Source of the DNA: Geosiphon pyriformis uo1
Taxonomy: Eukaryota > Fungi > Glomeromycota
NCBI GenBank assembly: GCA_016748015.1
Contig: JAAOMT010000183.1
Location: 284,708 to 348,707 of the forward strand
DNA length: 64,000 bases
Direction of reading: 5' to 3'
In this document: positions 1-12,296 of the stretch, piece by piece
How positions within the stretch are numbered: the first letter of the stretch is position 1
Layout of the letters: each line of letters opens with the position of its first letter
Notes under the pieces: generated by a model
What the model saw: the letters and a program-made list of their open reading frames with translations, nothing else
Database searches by the model: none
What the model was told of the DNA's origin: nothing
Made by a program: the position numbers and the translations under genes

Positions 1-3000
1 AGTAGTTGGTCATTTCAGCTCTAGTTTGAAAAATGGACGTTCACGTGAAGAAGAAAGAAAGAAAGCAAAAATTTTAGCCGATCTTAATCGTCAAAAGATT
101 ATGAACATTTGTCATGAATAGTAAAATTTATGATTTCATATGTCTATTTTTTATTCTTCTTATTGTAAGATAGTTTGCCTTTTCCATTATTAGTCCCACT
201 TGAGGATGTCATTGCCACATGCGAACCAGATTCTTTAATTCTTTTCAATTTAGAAATGATTCAACGCAATTCCCCACGGTTATTCAAATTGGTAAACACG
301 CTGTTACAGGTTGGCCCAAAATCCAAAATATTACTCGTGTGTTTTTGCCAAGTATTTATAGCAAACAACTATCAAACTTTGCCAAATTTTCTAGTTCTCG
401 CGTATTGAAGCAGGTCATGTGAAAGCATATTATTGTGAAACGGAAATCGCTGGGGTCACTAGGGAATTGGTCTTAAACTTTCAGAGCATGGCTAGATCAT
501 TTGGGTTAACTCTTCCAATCGACATCCCAGTCGATGAAGTCTTAGAAAGTCAATTAGAGTGCGAAGTCTATCTTGATTTAGACTTGTATGAAAAGATCAT
601 ATTTAATTTATGTAATATTTAATTTTTATTTTAAATTTGGACGGCTAACATATTTCTAATAATTTTAATCACTCTTTCTCCAATTTACATAACACACATG
701 AGATGGAGGGGTAACTATACATCTTTACCCTGGAAAAATAGAATCTCGTGAGGTGGTTTTTATAGAAGTTTCTGATAAAGGTTTGTTTGCCTTTTAATTT
801 CATTTGGAGGGATTTTTTTATATCCTGGCAAATTCTAAAATTTTTCACTCCAAAGGTGTCGGACTCCCAAAAGAGATCCTCCCAAATATTTTCCAGCGTT
901 TTTATCAAGTTCAATCAAAACAATCCCGCAGTCATGAAGGCACCGACATTGGACTTGCTCTTGTTAAAGAATTAATAAAACAACATGGAGGAGATATAAA
1001 AGTGACTTCACAAGTCGGTGTTGGATCTACATTCAAAGTTTAGATCCCAACTGGAAAAGATCATTACCAAAAAATAATATTATAAAAAGGAATAATCCAA
1101 GTCCATGGAATACCCAATTTAAAACCTTTGAGTTATATTTAGAAGAAACCAAACAATGGATCACGACCAAACATGAAACTCGAGATTTACACTCAAAATT
1201 AGAAGATGATAAGAAAATGATGGACCATTTAAAGACTTTGTCTATCGCCTCGCCAAAATTAGATGCCTCGAAAGAAACTTTGGGTCTAACTATAGAAGAG
1301 GTTTCAAGTGATTTGCAAATACATTATAGGGTTCTTATAGCTGAAGATAATGCTGATATGGGGTAACAATTAAAAGCTCCTTTCATATATCTCACCATGA
1401 TGGTGTTTTTTTTTAAAAAACCTTCATAGGTAATGTTCGGATTTTTTTACAAAATTTAGAAACTATCTCACCAAGATTCTCGAATCTGAGTTTGACGTTA
1501 TTTACGCGTGCGATGGCCATGATGCTCTCAAGATCATAAATAATGGTGTTAAGTGGTACATTTTTAAGTTGATTTCTTTTTGTTTTTTTGAATTATATCC
1601 TATATTCACTTAATTTTTCATAACAGATATCATGATGCCTAGCATGAATGGCTTTGAACTTTTGAAAATCATACGCTCTGATCCATTTACTCAAACAATT
1701 CCTGTAATTCTCTTATCCCCAAGAGCAGGTGAAGAAGCGAGCGTGGAAGGTTCGTAATAACTCAAAATCTTTTGATTTCATATTAATATCTAACCGTGCT
1801 TAGTTTAAATTTTAAGGACTCGATAAAGGTGCTGATGATTATATGACCAAACCTTTCAAGCCCCTTGAACTAATTGCCCGTGTACGAGCTAATATCAAGC
1901 TGTCAAAAGTATGTAATGAGCTCGTAGCTCAACAATATCAACAAAACCAAGAGCAACAGTTATTATTTTCTATTAGCAACAAAATTTATTCCGGATTAAA
2001 CACTCAAGAAATCTTATCAATGGCAGTCGAAGAGCTTAATCGAATTATCACCTGTGATTCGATACTTGTCCTCTTAAATGATCCAATGAATAAAGGCATG
2101 GCGAAAATTATGGCTGTTTCGACTAACTACGCAGAAATACAGGCTCTATTGGGCATCCAAGTTCCTTATAGAGCAATTGGTGAAAATCAAACATGACTTG
2201 ATCAATTGGATATATTACCAGAAATCAATTCGTCTTTGTCATCCCTACCTGAGTCATTAGTTCCAATCAAAGGTAATTCGGTTCCACTTGTTAACAGAAC
2301 TTATAAAAAAAGCAGTTTTTCTGATTCTGAAGTCCAAACCTACACAAATCATTTTTCACAAGTCCTTAATCAACCTGTCTCTTCAATATCGGTCGCTATT
2401 CACCTTAACTCTTCTTGTTGAGGGTGGATCTTTGCTCATCGAAAACCCAATCAAACTTGGTCTAACGTTGAGAAGATATTCTTGCAACAGGTTTCAAATC
2501 AAATCAGCCTGGTTATAACTCATAACAACCTTACTGAAGAAAATTAAACCATGAGGCACAGATGGAAGCAGTCAAAGCCGCAAATAAGGCCAAAAGCCAA
2601 ATTCTCGCCAATACTTCTCATGGTATGTTAAAGATGTTCTCGATATCCCAAAAAGAAATTGATACTGAAGAATAATCTCTTTAGAATTACGTACACCCTT
2701 GGGGGCTATCATCGGAGTTTTATCTGCCTTTGAGGATACGCGTCTCACTGCCGATCAAAAAGATATGGTCCGAATACTGGATCATGCTTCTGATGTAGTT
2801 CTTGCCATCATAAATGATATTCTGGACGCGGCGAAACTTGAAGCTCATAAGATTACCCTCAACAATCGAACCTTCGATTTATTTGACCTTGTCGAAAAAA
2901 CCGTTGAAATTTTTGGGGAAAGTGCTGGCGCCAAACACATTGAATTAGTGTTACTCTCTGAAAGGTCGAATGAATTACCGAAATATGTGAAGTCTGATCC

Positions 3001-5106
3001 TGAAAGGTAATAAATTTTGCTTTAAAGTTATGGCATATTATTCAAAATGAAATCTAAATTTTCATGAATTGGGTATTAATAATACAGGTGCAACAAATTT
3101 TAATAAATTTGTTATCAAATTCGTATGTAGTTGACTTTTTATAGCATTGAATTTTTAGCTTTCTGCTTTTGAAAGACTTATAAAGGTTTATTCTAGCGTA
3201 AAATTTACCAAATCTGGAGAAATTGTACTTAAAATTTCTTTGGCTTCATCTCGGGATACTGAAATTAAAACGGGTGGATCCAATAGTAAACAGACGGATT
3301 TAACAAATGTAGTCCTACTTTTTGAATTAAACGATACAGGGATTGGGTAATATGCATTTGAAATACATTTATCTAGTTTTCAAAAGAAGCCTAAGTTGAA
3401 AAAACCTTTTAACCTTGAATAATTTTTTAGGATCGATCCAACTTTCATTAAAGATATTTGGAAAAGCTTCTCACGAGGTGATTCTTCAATAACTAGAAGT
3501 CAAGATGGCACTGGCTTAGGTCTATCGATTTGCAAAAATTTAGTAACTATTAACGGAGGCAATATAGGAGTTCGGAGTGAGCTAGGAAAAGGCAGTCACT
3601 TTTGGTTTACTTGGAATGTAGAATTTCTTGCATTGGATGGAACGTCATCGACATCATCTACTCAAATGACACCTATTGAAAGAATTTTAGTTATACCACC
3701 CATAGTAAAATCAAAGAAAATTTTCATTGTTGATTCGGTTGAAGCCTCTCGATCTGCTATGGTAACAATGCTTAGTTCTAGCGTTCAAAAAGTTGAAGCA
3801 TTTGAAGATGGCTCCAAGGCAGTAATAGCCACAAAAGCTTTGCGTGATCAATATCACTGCTCACCATGTGATGTAGTTTTCTTTAATGTTGATGAAAAAA
3901 ATGCTGACCAAGTATTAACGACGGCAAAAGAATTTCAATCCATTTGTGGAAAAGACAGATTAGCTATTGGATTATTCGTATTTCGATCCTTGGAAGGCTA
4001 TGCTTTGGGCAAAGAATTAACAAGAAAAATTGGTGGTCATACGGCGGCATACTGTAAACCTATCATGCAACGACGATTACTAGACTGTTTGCAAAATATG
4101 GAGCTTTCTAATTCAGCCAAAATGGATGAACACAAGCCAACAGTCGGATTATCTGTTCGATTTCGAGTTGAAAATTTTGGTTATCAAAATCCCCCAAAAC
4201 TTTATAGCAGCCCGGAATCTCCGATCATCAGCAACTTGCATGTTGAGGTCAAAGAAGTTAATGATGTCAAAGTTGGAACAATGCAGAAGATTTCAGCTTT
4301 ATCATCAAGTTATTCCCCCTCTGAAGAAATATCAAAGGCAATAACAAAATCAGTTGCTTCAAAACTACCGAAAAAGAGATCCGCTTCCAATGGAATTCAA
4401 GACCTAAAATATTTAGAATCATCTAATAAATCTCGAAATCGAGCCATCTCACAGTCAAAGTTAATTCTATGCGTAGTATGTGGGTTTCTCTATTGTTGAT
4501 TTTCTAACATAAATTCCTAATCTGACGACTTTGGAATAAATCTTGATTTTTAGCAGCATAATTCTAACAATTTGAAGTCTTTATGTCTCTTCGGTATTCT
4601 ACTTATATCAAAAATGCGGATATAGAAGTGACTACATTTCAATTGGTCATTTAGGTTATTCAACATCAGCTTACCACTTTGGCTACCAATCATTATGTGT
4701 CATGAATGGGCAAGAAACAGTGAATATAATGCAAGGAGAAGTCGGCGCTTCTATTGAATCTGCTGAGGGCTCGAATCGGCAAAATAAAATATCCTTGATT
4801 CTAATGGATTGCACTATGGTAATTTTTTGTTTTACTTGAGTGATTAATTTCTAAAATTCTTATATTTTGCGATAATATCAAGCTGCTTTTTCTGCTATAG
4901 CTAAAAATGTCAGGATTTGCTACGTCCAAAGCCATTCGTGCTTTAGGTCACCTCAATCTGAAATTCCTATTGTTGCATTAACCGCTTCTGCCGATAAAGA
5001 CACTGGATATCAATGTTTAGAAAATGGAATAAATGATTATCTTTCAATGCCGTTGAAGATTTCCCAACTTAAGGATAAGCTAGTCCAATCGATTAGTGAC
5101 AATTAA
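1..5106 (+). pseudogene. Dual hybrid histidine kinase (HisKA-HATPase-REC-GAF-like-HisKA-HATPase-degenerate REC-REC), 5' end outside the window, pseudogenised
   Basis: Spliced exons give H-box NICHE, G-box RSHEGTDIGLALVKELIKQHGG, receiver motifs IAEDNADM/DIMMP/GADDYMTKPF, a second H-box ANTSH-ELRTPL, DGTGLGLSICKNLV, and a final receiver LILMDC...IPIVALTA ending at TAA 5104-5106. In-frame stops occur at 699, 1041, 2194, 2419 and 2546, with frameshifts near 4680 and 4950. Confidence 0.9.
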
Positions 5107-6914
5107 ACAACCTTCAAACCACATTTAAGAACTAAGGCAAAAATATAAGAGCAATGAGAATCTCCTAATTTAAGATTTTTCTCTTTTCAGCTCTACATTT
5201 AATTGTAGAATTCAGCATATAAGGTCTATAATGAAGACTTGACTGTATTTTATCACAATACCCAATTTCAAGCCCACATCATCTTTTTTTACACGCAACA
5301 TATATATTTTCCTAGATAGCTCTTACCTAAAATTTAAGAGATAGAACGAATTTTACTTTGGAAATATGTTTTAAAGTAAATTTCTTTTTTGAAATATGAA
5401 AATTTTCTAATTCTATGGTTTTAAATCGTAAAAATAACAAATTAAAACGATTATATAGTATGAAAAATTATATTAATTGAGATAATAAAAGTCGCAAATT
5501 CAAAATTATTTTTAAAGAAAATATAAATTGGGGGGAAATTCTCTTTCATAAAAAATATCAATAGAATATAAGATGAAACAAATAAGTAGCATATTAATTA
5601 CGTAAAAGATCTTGAGATAATTGAAAATATTTAAATGCTGTATTTATATATATTGTTATTACAAATAATTATCATATATATTAATAAGTTTATAAATTAA
5701 AGTTTTGTTAATACAGAGGATAATCAATATTAAATTAACAGATAACTTTATTTATACATATAAATCTCAATTTTATGATTAAATTTAGAATTTTAATTAC
5801 AACATAATAAAAAAATGATCATTTAAAAAAAAAACTTTTTTAAATCACTTAATGCATTTAATTAAATGATAAGAATGATTTGATTTTTCATATATTTTGT
5901 GCTTTTTAAAGTTGGTTTTAAACAATCTTTATGATGGTTTTCATATTATATCCAATTTTTTTAATAATTTTAAATCACTTTTTTTATTATTTGTTTTTAA
6001 ATTAAAAAATTTTGAAAATATAAGATTAAAAACCATATAAAATTAAATTTTTTTGGTTTGATCTAAATAAAATTTTAATTGAATCAATACTATAAACAGT
6101 CATCATAAGCAGAATTCTGTTATAGATTCGTTTTGATTAAAAATTATTATAATTTATTTATATTACAATTGGTACTTATTAAATTACAATTGAAATTTAT
6201 AACCACTTTTTAATAACTACCTAAAAGGTTTCATTTGATAATAAATTTCCATCATTCCTAGAAAGTTTAATAATTTTTCTAGAAATTGGATTTCATAGTT
6301 ATATTCGAAACTAAAATCTCATTTTTATTCTCCCGAGTTATTGTCAAAAAATTGATTATATATATAATTAATACTACTTCCTAAGCAAAGAAAAACAGAA
6401 TAACAGTGATGGCACCGAGGCATAAAAGCCGCAAATTCTAGTAAAACGTATACTGGCTATTGCTGAGCCAATTTTAATGCTAAAATAGTTGATTAGTAAA
6501 ACGTTTCCAAGTTTAATATCTTTCTTGAATAAAGCATGTAAATCAACCGATTCAAGATTTACCTTACTCTTAAATGATTTTAATTTGCTTCTAATAATAT
6601 TTTGGCAATTTAATTTGAATTCAAATTTAGGTATGCCATGGGATAGAAATTGAAAAAAACATATCATGGCAATTATTTTTTTGATTCACAATTTATACCT
6701 TTGATTTTTATTTAGCAAAGATCACGACAAAAACTGATTACATAAAAAATTAAATTATGTGATTAGTGATTTGATGATTTGATGATTTGAGATTTGTCAC
6801 AAACGAAAACGGCAAAGATAGTCGACGAGTTTGCTATTTATTCAAAAAATCTTTTGTGTAGATTTTCACAGCCTGTCCTCTTTGATTTACCTCTCTAAAA
6901 TTTAAATTAATAAA

Positions 6915-9362
6915 ATGCTTTTAGTGACGAGATCGTTTCGAATACTTAATTTTACAAAGCATGTTTTAGCCACAAAAAATTTCATCACTTCAAAATCTTT
7001 TATTTCACAGATGCCGAAAATTCTTATCTTAAAGCAGTGGACCGCGGTTGAAACCAAAAAGTTGATGGATGGTGTGAGAAAATATGGCACAAATTGGGAA
7101 TACTTACAAAATACCTTTTTTCCAGAAAGAAAACCTCAAGATTTGGAGCGAAAATATCGGCGAGAAATGGAATATTTCTCACCTAAAAAAAAGCTACCTA
7201 TTCGCAAAGGTACACGGAAAAAATCTAATTCCCCACTTGTTGCGATTTGGACACCGAGAGAGGATCAAAAGTTAAAGGAAGCTGTCGAACGACATAGTAG
7301 AAAATGGGATATGATCTCCGAAGAGTATTTCCGGTCAAAAAGAACACCAGAAAGTATAAGAAATCGATATTTTATCATTTCATCAGATACAAGATTCGTC
7401 CAAGGTAGCTCTGACTGGAATTCTCAAGATTCACAGAAATTAAAAACAGCAGTGGAAAAACATGGCCGAGATTGGGCATTTATCACACAAGAATACTTTG
7501 ATTCAAAGTGGACCCCAGCCGCTTTATTTGTAAGATTTTGCCAAATACAGAGAAAAGAGGCCGTTAATGAAAGAATTCAAAACCCGGAATCACATATTAC
7601 TTTCGATACTCAACCAAATATAAGGCCTTCAGTCTTAACTATTCCTCCAACGACGGGAGTCCCTTTAGTCAAAAAAATAGTTGCAGCGAAAAAAACTAAT
7701 CTAGTCGTACAAACATCCCCAATTGAACAAAGCAATGCACCAGAAAAAGTAATAAATGCAGGGGAAAAAGATCCTATAATTAATCAAAATCGCGTAGCGA
7801 CAGTAAAACCTTTAATTAAAGAAATATCTCGAGGAATAAATTTGCCCACAATAAAAGAGCTATCTCAACCTAAAGCAGTAACTGCAGTGGATGACAAAAA
7901 TCTCATAGTGAAAGCAACACCCTTAATTAAAAACATATCTCAAATCACGGAAAAGCCTATTGTAAAAGGGTTTTCGCCAACGATAGAAATCTCGACAAAA
8001 AACCAAATTCCGTCTGTGGCAAGATTTTCTCGAACGAAAGCATCCGAGAATGAAGAAATAAATCAAGAAAAAGAGATGCCTAAGATTAAAGAGCCTTTGC
8101 AAAACAAAGTTATAACATTAATCAAAGAAATACCTGAAATGAGAAAATCGCTTAATATCAAAGAGCCTTCGAAAACCAAATTAATATCAACAACATCTGT
8201 AATGAGAAAACCACCTACAATAAAGGAGTCTTCACAAATCAAAATATCACTAATCAAAGAAATACCTGAAGCTAGAGAAACACCAACCAAAGCAATATCA
8301 CCATTCAAAAAAATTTCTCTAGTGAAAAAAGCGCCTATTGTCAAAGAGCCTGCGCAAAGCAAATCAATATTACCAGCCAAAAAAACATATGAAGCTATTA
8401 AAGAGCCTTCGCAACCCAAGTTAATATCACTGGTCAAAGAAATAAGTTTAATCCAAAAGCCTTCGCTAAACGAATTAAGATCCTCAGTTAAAGAAATACC
8501 TATAATCCAAAAACCTTTACAAATTAAATTAAAAGAACCATTTAAAGAAATACCGAAAGAGACAAAATCGCCTCCCGTGAAAGAATTTTCGGAAACCAAA
8601 GTAATAACACCAGTGAAAGAAATACCTATAGTGAAAAAAACGTCTACCATCCCAATAAAATCATCAATCAAAGTGAGAAAACCGCCTACCAAAGTAACAT
8701 CACCAGTTAAAGAAATACCTGTAGTTAGAGAGTTATCAAAAGCAGAGTTATATCTAGTAGTACAATTAATAAAAATGAAAGAGCAAGGCCCATCGTCATA
8801 TAAAACTCTGTCAACAGGACTGATTTGTGAAAATGAAATTCCTCTTGAGATAGGTACTTATTCAGCGAAGAGGAGTCGGTTAAGTAAGTGTATAAACGAA
8901 TTGTTGAAATCTGCCTTCATTTTTCTCACTTTTGATTTATTTTATTTAGGTCAAAGCCTAGCCATGGAATTTCAAAAGGAATATAGTCGTCATCGAATTC
9001 GGCTTTCGAAAATATTACAAAAGCTAGTTGAAATCGATTCGCCCATAGGAAATAAAAAAGTTTATTATTCTCCATCTATCAGTTCCGGAAAAGACAAGAA
9101 TCAAACCTCTAGCGCACCTACCGAGTTGAGTGAAGAAGACAAAACTAGGCTTCGTTACCATGAATTGCTCCATCCGACCATACCCATAGTACATGTAAAT
9201 CAGGGTCCATTCAATCCTGATGAAAAGATGGCTTTTGATTACGCCTTCTTGAAGTATGGAGATAGTTGGGATGAAATATCTGAGAAAGTTGGGTCTAGAA
9301 CCCCACAGCAATGCATGTTGCATTGGCGTAGTTTAAAAACTTCCAAACAATTGGGGAAATGA
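6915..9362 (+). CDS. Myb/SANT protein: presequence-like leader, three Myb repeats, Lys/Pro/Ile-rich repetitive linker, C-terminal SANT repeat
   Basis: Repeats WTAVETKKLMDGVRKYGTNW, WTPREDQKLKEAVERHSRKW, WNSQDSQKLKTAVEKHGRDW and FNPDEKMAFDYAFLKYGDSWDEISEKVGSRTPQQC. Likely in-frame 66-nt intron at 8884-8949 (GTAAGT...TAG). Confidence 0.9.
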   Translation: MLLVTRSFRILNFTKHVLATKNFITSKSFISQMPKILILKQWTAVETKKLMDGVRKYGTNWEYLQNTFFPERKPQDLERKYRREMEYFSPKKKLPIRKGTRKKSNSPLVAIWTPREDQKLKEAVERHSRKWDMISEEYFRSKRTPESIRNRYFIISSDTRFVQGSSDWNSQDSQKLKTAVEKHGRDWAFITQEYFDSKWTPAALFVRFCQIQRKEAVNERIQNPESHITFDTQPNIRPSVLTIPPTTGVPLVKKIVAAKKTNLVVQTSPIEQSNAPEKVINAGEKDPIINQNRVATVKPLIKEISRGINLPTIKELSQPKAVTAVDDKNLIVKATPLIKNISQITEKPIVKGFSPTIEISTKNQIPSVARFSRTKASENEEINQEKEMPKIKEPLQNKVITLIKEIPEMRKSLNIKEPSKTKLISTTSVMRKPPTIKESSQIKISLIKEIPEARETPTKAISPFKKISLVKKAPIVKEPAQSKSILPAKKTYEAIKEPSQPKLISLVKEISLIQKPSLNELRSSVKEIPIIQKPLQIKLKEPFKEIPKETKSPPVKEFSETKVITPVKEIPIVKKTSTIPIKSSIKVRKPPTKVTSPVKEIPVVRELSKAELYLVVQLIKMKEQGPSSYKTLSTGLICENEIPLEIGTYSAKRSRLSKCINELLKSAFIFLTFDLFYLGQSLAMEFQKEYSRHRIRLSKILQKLVEIDSPIGNKKVYYSPSISSGKDKNQTSSAPTELSEEDKTRLRYHELLHPTIPIVHVNQGPFNPDEKMAFDYAFLKYGDSWDEISEKVGSRTPQQCMLHWRSLKTSKQLGK

Positions 9363-11347
9363 GGATTCGAATTTTTGACTGGCCGGGCCCTCAAGATCAA
9401 AAATCGGGCAATAATTTCGGAATGTTTTTATGTAATCAAACGAAAACCGTTTTTGATGTAAAAATTCAGCTTCATTTGTATGACCTCGAATTTCCATAAC
9501 TGATGTCTGCCTCTCTTTTTTCCTGAATTCCTAATGTTGCAAGAAACCAAAATGTTCACAAAAAGTCCTAAAAACGAAATTTGTTTCAGAGGCATTTAAA
9601 AGGTTCTTTTAAAAGTAATCGATAGAAGAATAGGATATTCACAGGTTCGACTTGAAAGATATATCGAAGAGAATATTCTCGCGTCTAAAGGTTGAATTCT
9701 CATTACAACTACAGCAGTTAGAAGACAGTCACTTGGTTTAACCCGGAACTTGGGCAGGTGAGTTCCAGCTTCGGGAAGAAAGTATGAATTCTAATATGCA
9801 AGCGTGACTAGGCAAAAGATTAACAATACAGGGATCGTGTTACTGGAACAGTCTCTTTTTTCCATGGTGCACGTAATCTTAATGTTAAACTCTAATAATT
9901 TCCATATGAATGATTTCCCTCATTCATATTCGCTAAATTGAATAGCAAAGATGGACCTTCACGACCAACACAATATTTCGTAAGATCTTTTTTTTGGTTG
10001 TTCATATTAATGTAAATAAAAATATATTTAAGAACATCGAAACGAGTTTTATTGGCAGGTTCAAAAACGGCTTCAATCAATGAGTGTTCAATAGTATTCG
10101 ATTAATTCATTTAACACTTACCGATCAAAAGTAGTTATTGTGGAGGGAGAGAATGCGTTTTTTCTCAAAGCGAATGATAAGACGAAAAAACTTTTCTTTT
10201 AATTTTGATCATTTCTTTAATCAAATTTTCATTGATTGTGAATATAGACTTTAAGTGAAAATGGGTACGAAATTTTTTCGATGAGAAAATTTTGATTTTT
10301 TTAAAACAGACAAATCAAATCATTGAATGACAATAAAAAGTATTGAAATATAATTGATTTTCAAGGCATACAACTTTCCATTATTTTTAATATTAAAATA
10401 AATGTGTTTTTTATTTCGAAGGCTAAAGTGACAAAGGGTTAAAGCTGAGTAAATTTTTGGTTCGGTAGCGGATTTGGCTACCAGTTGCTGCGGCAAAAAA
10501 AACTGGGAGGAAAAAATTGCACCAGTAGAGACATCAAGGAAAGGAATTGTGGCATCTGGTGTGGGAACACAGCATTTGGCTGCCATAAGCAAGAGGGTTT
10601 AAAAGAATTGGTAGATGTTAACAGATATATCAATTTTAAAGATTGGGTAGGGAGCATTTCAGGTGGCCGGTCACATGTAGAAAGCACAATCTTCGAATTC
10701 TTATTTAATTTATATTTTTCAAATTTAGTTTATAATATAATTTAAATTTTCTTTTTCTGATGAAAATTTCCAACTTATATTTTATAAAATATTTTTTATT
10801 GACATCCGTTTATTTAAAACATGTTTAATAGATATTTAAGCGTTTTACTGTTATAATATTTTGACATGCTTTATTAAAAGTGTGGCTGCAAATATTAAAT
10901 TTTGAGGTTTAGGTTTATGTTTAGGTTTTATTGGCTATATATTTTTACAAACACTCAAATTATCTAAAAAAAAAGTTCATTGAAAAATATTGTTAATTTA
11001 TAATACATTTGTCATTTATTTTTTTATACTTTAAAAATAGTAATCATAACAAAAAAATATGAATTAAAAAAATTATCACTAAAATTTATTGTTTTTTTAC
11101 AGTATTTCTTTCAAAATTTTATTTATTTTGTAGCTGTTATTTTCAAACTTTGTAAAAATAGTATTTTATTAATATTACAAGTATAATACTTATTTTTAGT
11201 TAGAAATACTTAATTTTGACTAAAATTAAGTGCAAATTGTATAATAAACATCTAAAATAAGTTTTTAATAAATTGTTACATTTTATATTAATAAGACTTA
11301 ATTAAATAAACTTTATATAAAGTTCATTTGCTTTAATTTAAGCTACT

Positions 11348-11381
<34 letters not shown>

Positions 11382-12296
11382 TAAATTTTAGTTATTAAAA
11401 ATAAATTATTTAGCCAAAATATAATTTAAAAATTAATATGATTTAAAAAACAAAAAAAAAGAATAGCAACAATATTATTAATATTTTGTTAATATAACAA
11501 AAAATGACTATATTGTTTACATTTTTTTAGTAATCGTATTTTAATTCCAAACTTAAATTTAATTAATTAATTTCTTGAAATAAAATAAATATTATGTGCT
11601 AATATTAAATTTTCTAATCGTAAATTATTTAATTTATAGTTAAAATATATGTTACTGATGGTTTTATTTTTTTTTATTTAATTTTTTATTTAATTTTTTA
11701 TTGAAAAAAAATCATCCTTATGCAGAAAATAAAAAAATATATTACTTTATTTATTATAATTTATAATAAATCTTTTTTGTTTCAGTTATGTAAAATTATT
11801 GCCTTAAGCAGAGTATTAACAGCATCATACAAAAATTACTAAAAAAAAAGCCTCTCGCATACTTATACGGCTAAATATTCAATAGGGCTTACCTAATCTC
11901 CATGGCAAAGAAATCAAAAAGTCCGCACCAATTTGAAATAGAGCGCAAGTCCAATATTGTTTTATTGTTCATCCTAATTTGGATAAATGGCTATTTTTCT
12001 CAAATTTTAATATTCATGTTGCATATGTACATGAATAATAGAGTTGGCGGAAAGATAACTTATATTCCCACGTATGCAAGTTCTAAATGGAAACCGTTTT
12101 GCTAGATTACAAAATCCCTTTTAAAAAAATATTAAAGACTTATATCTATCATCAAATTTGACCTTTTTTTGAAATAATAAAGAGGATTATGGTTTTATGT
12201 CTGATGATAAAAGGAATCAAATTTGAGTAACCTTAGCAAAACAGCTAAACCACTTATATAGACTTATTTCTAAGGAACCTTTTTTTTGGATCAAAT

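Noticed and set aside
699-2421. Three kinase stops fall at probable Trp codons (TGA 699, TAG 1041, TGA 2419), suggesting rescue by A-to-I editing or readthrough
   Set aside because: The gene also has other stops, frameshifts and small deletions. G>A decay of TGG is the simpler explanation.
8063-8692. 209-aa hydrophobic antisense ORF
   Set aside because: Shadow frame of the Lys/Ile/Pro-rich repeat in the Myb gene.
9735-9830. Hairpin GGAACT...AGTTCC followed by AAAGTA and ACA, resembling an H/ACA snoRNA
   Set aside because: The second hairpin is weak and I found no target; it needs an Infernal/snoGPS search.
10430-10690. GC-richer patch with overlapping ORFs on both strands
   Set aside because: No recognisable motif; probably a TE or gene fragment.
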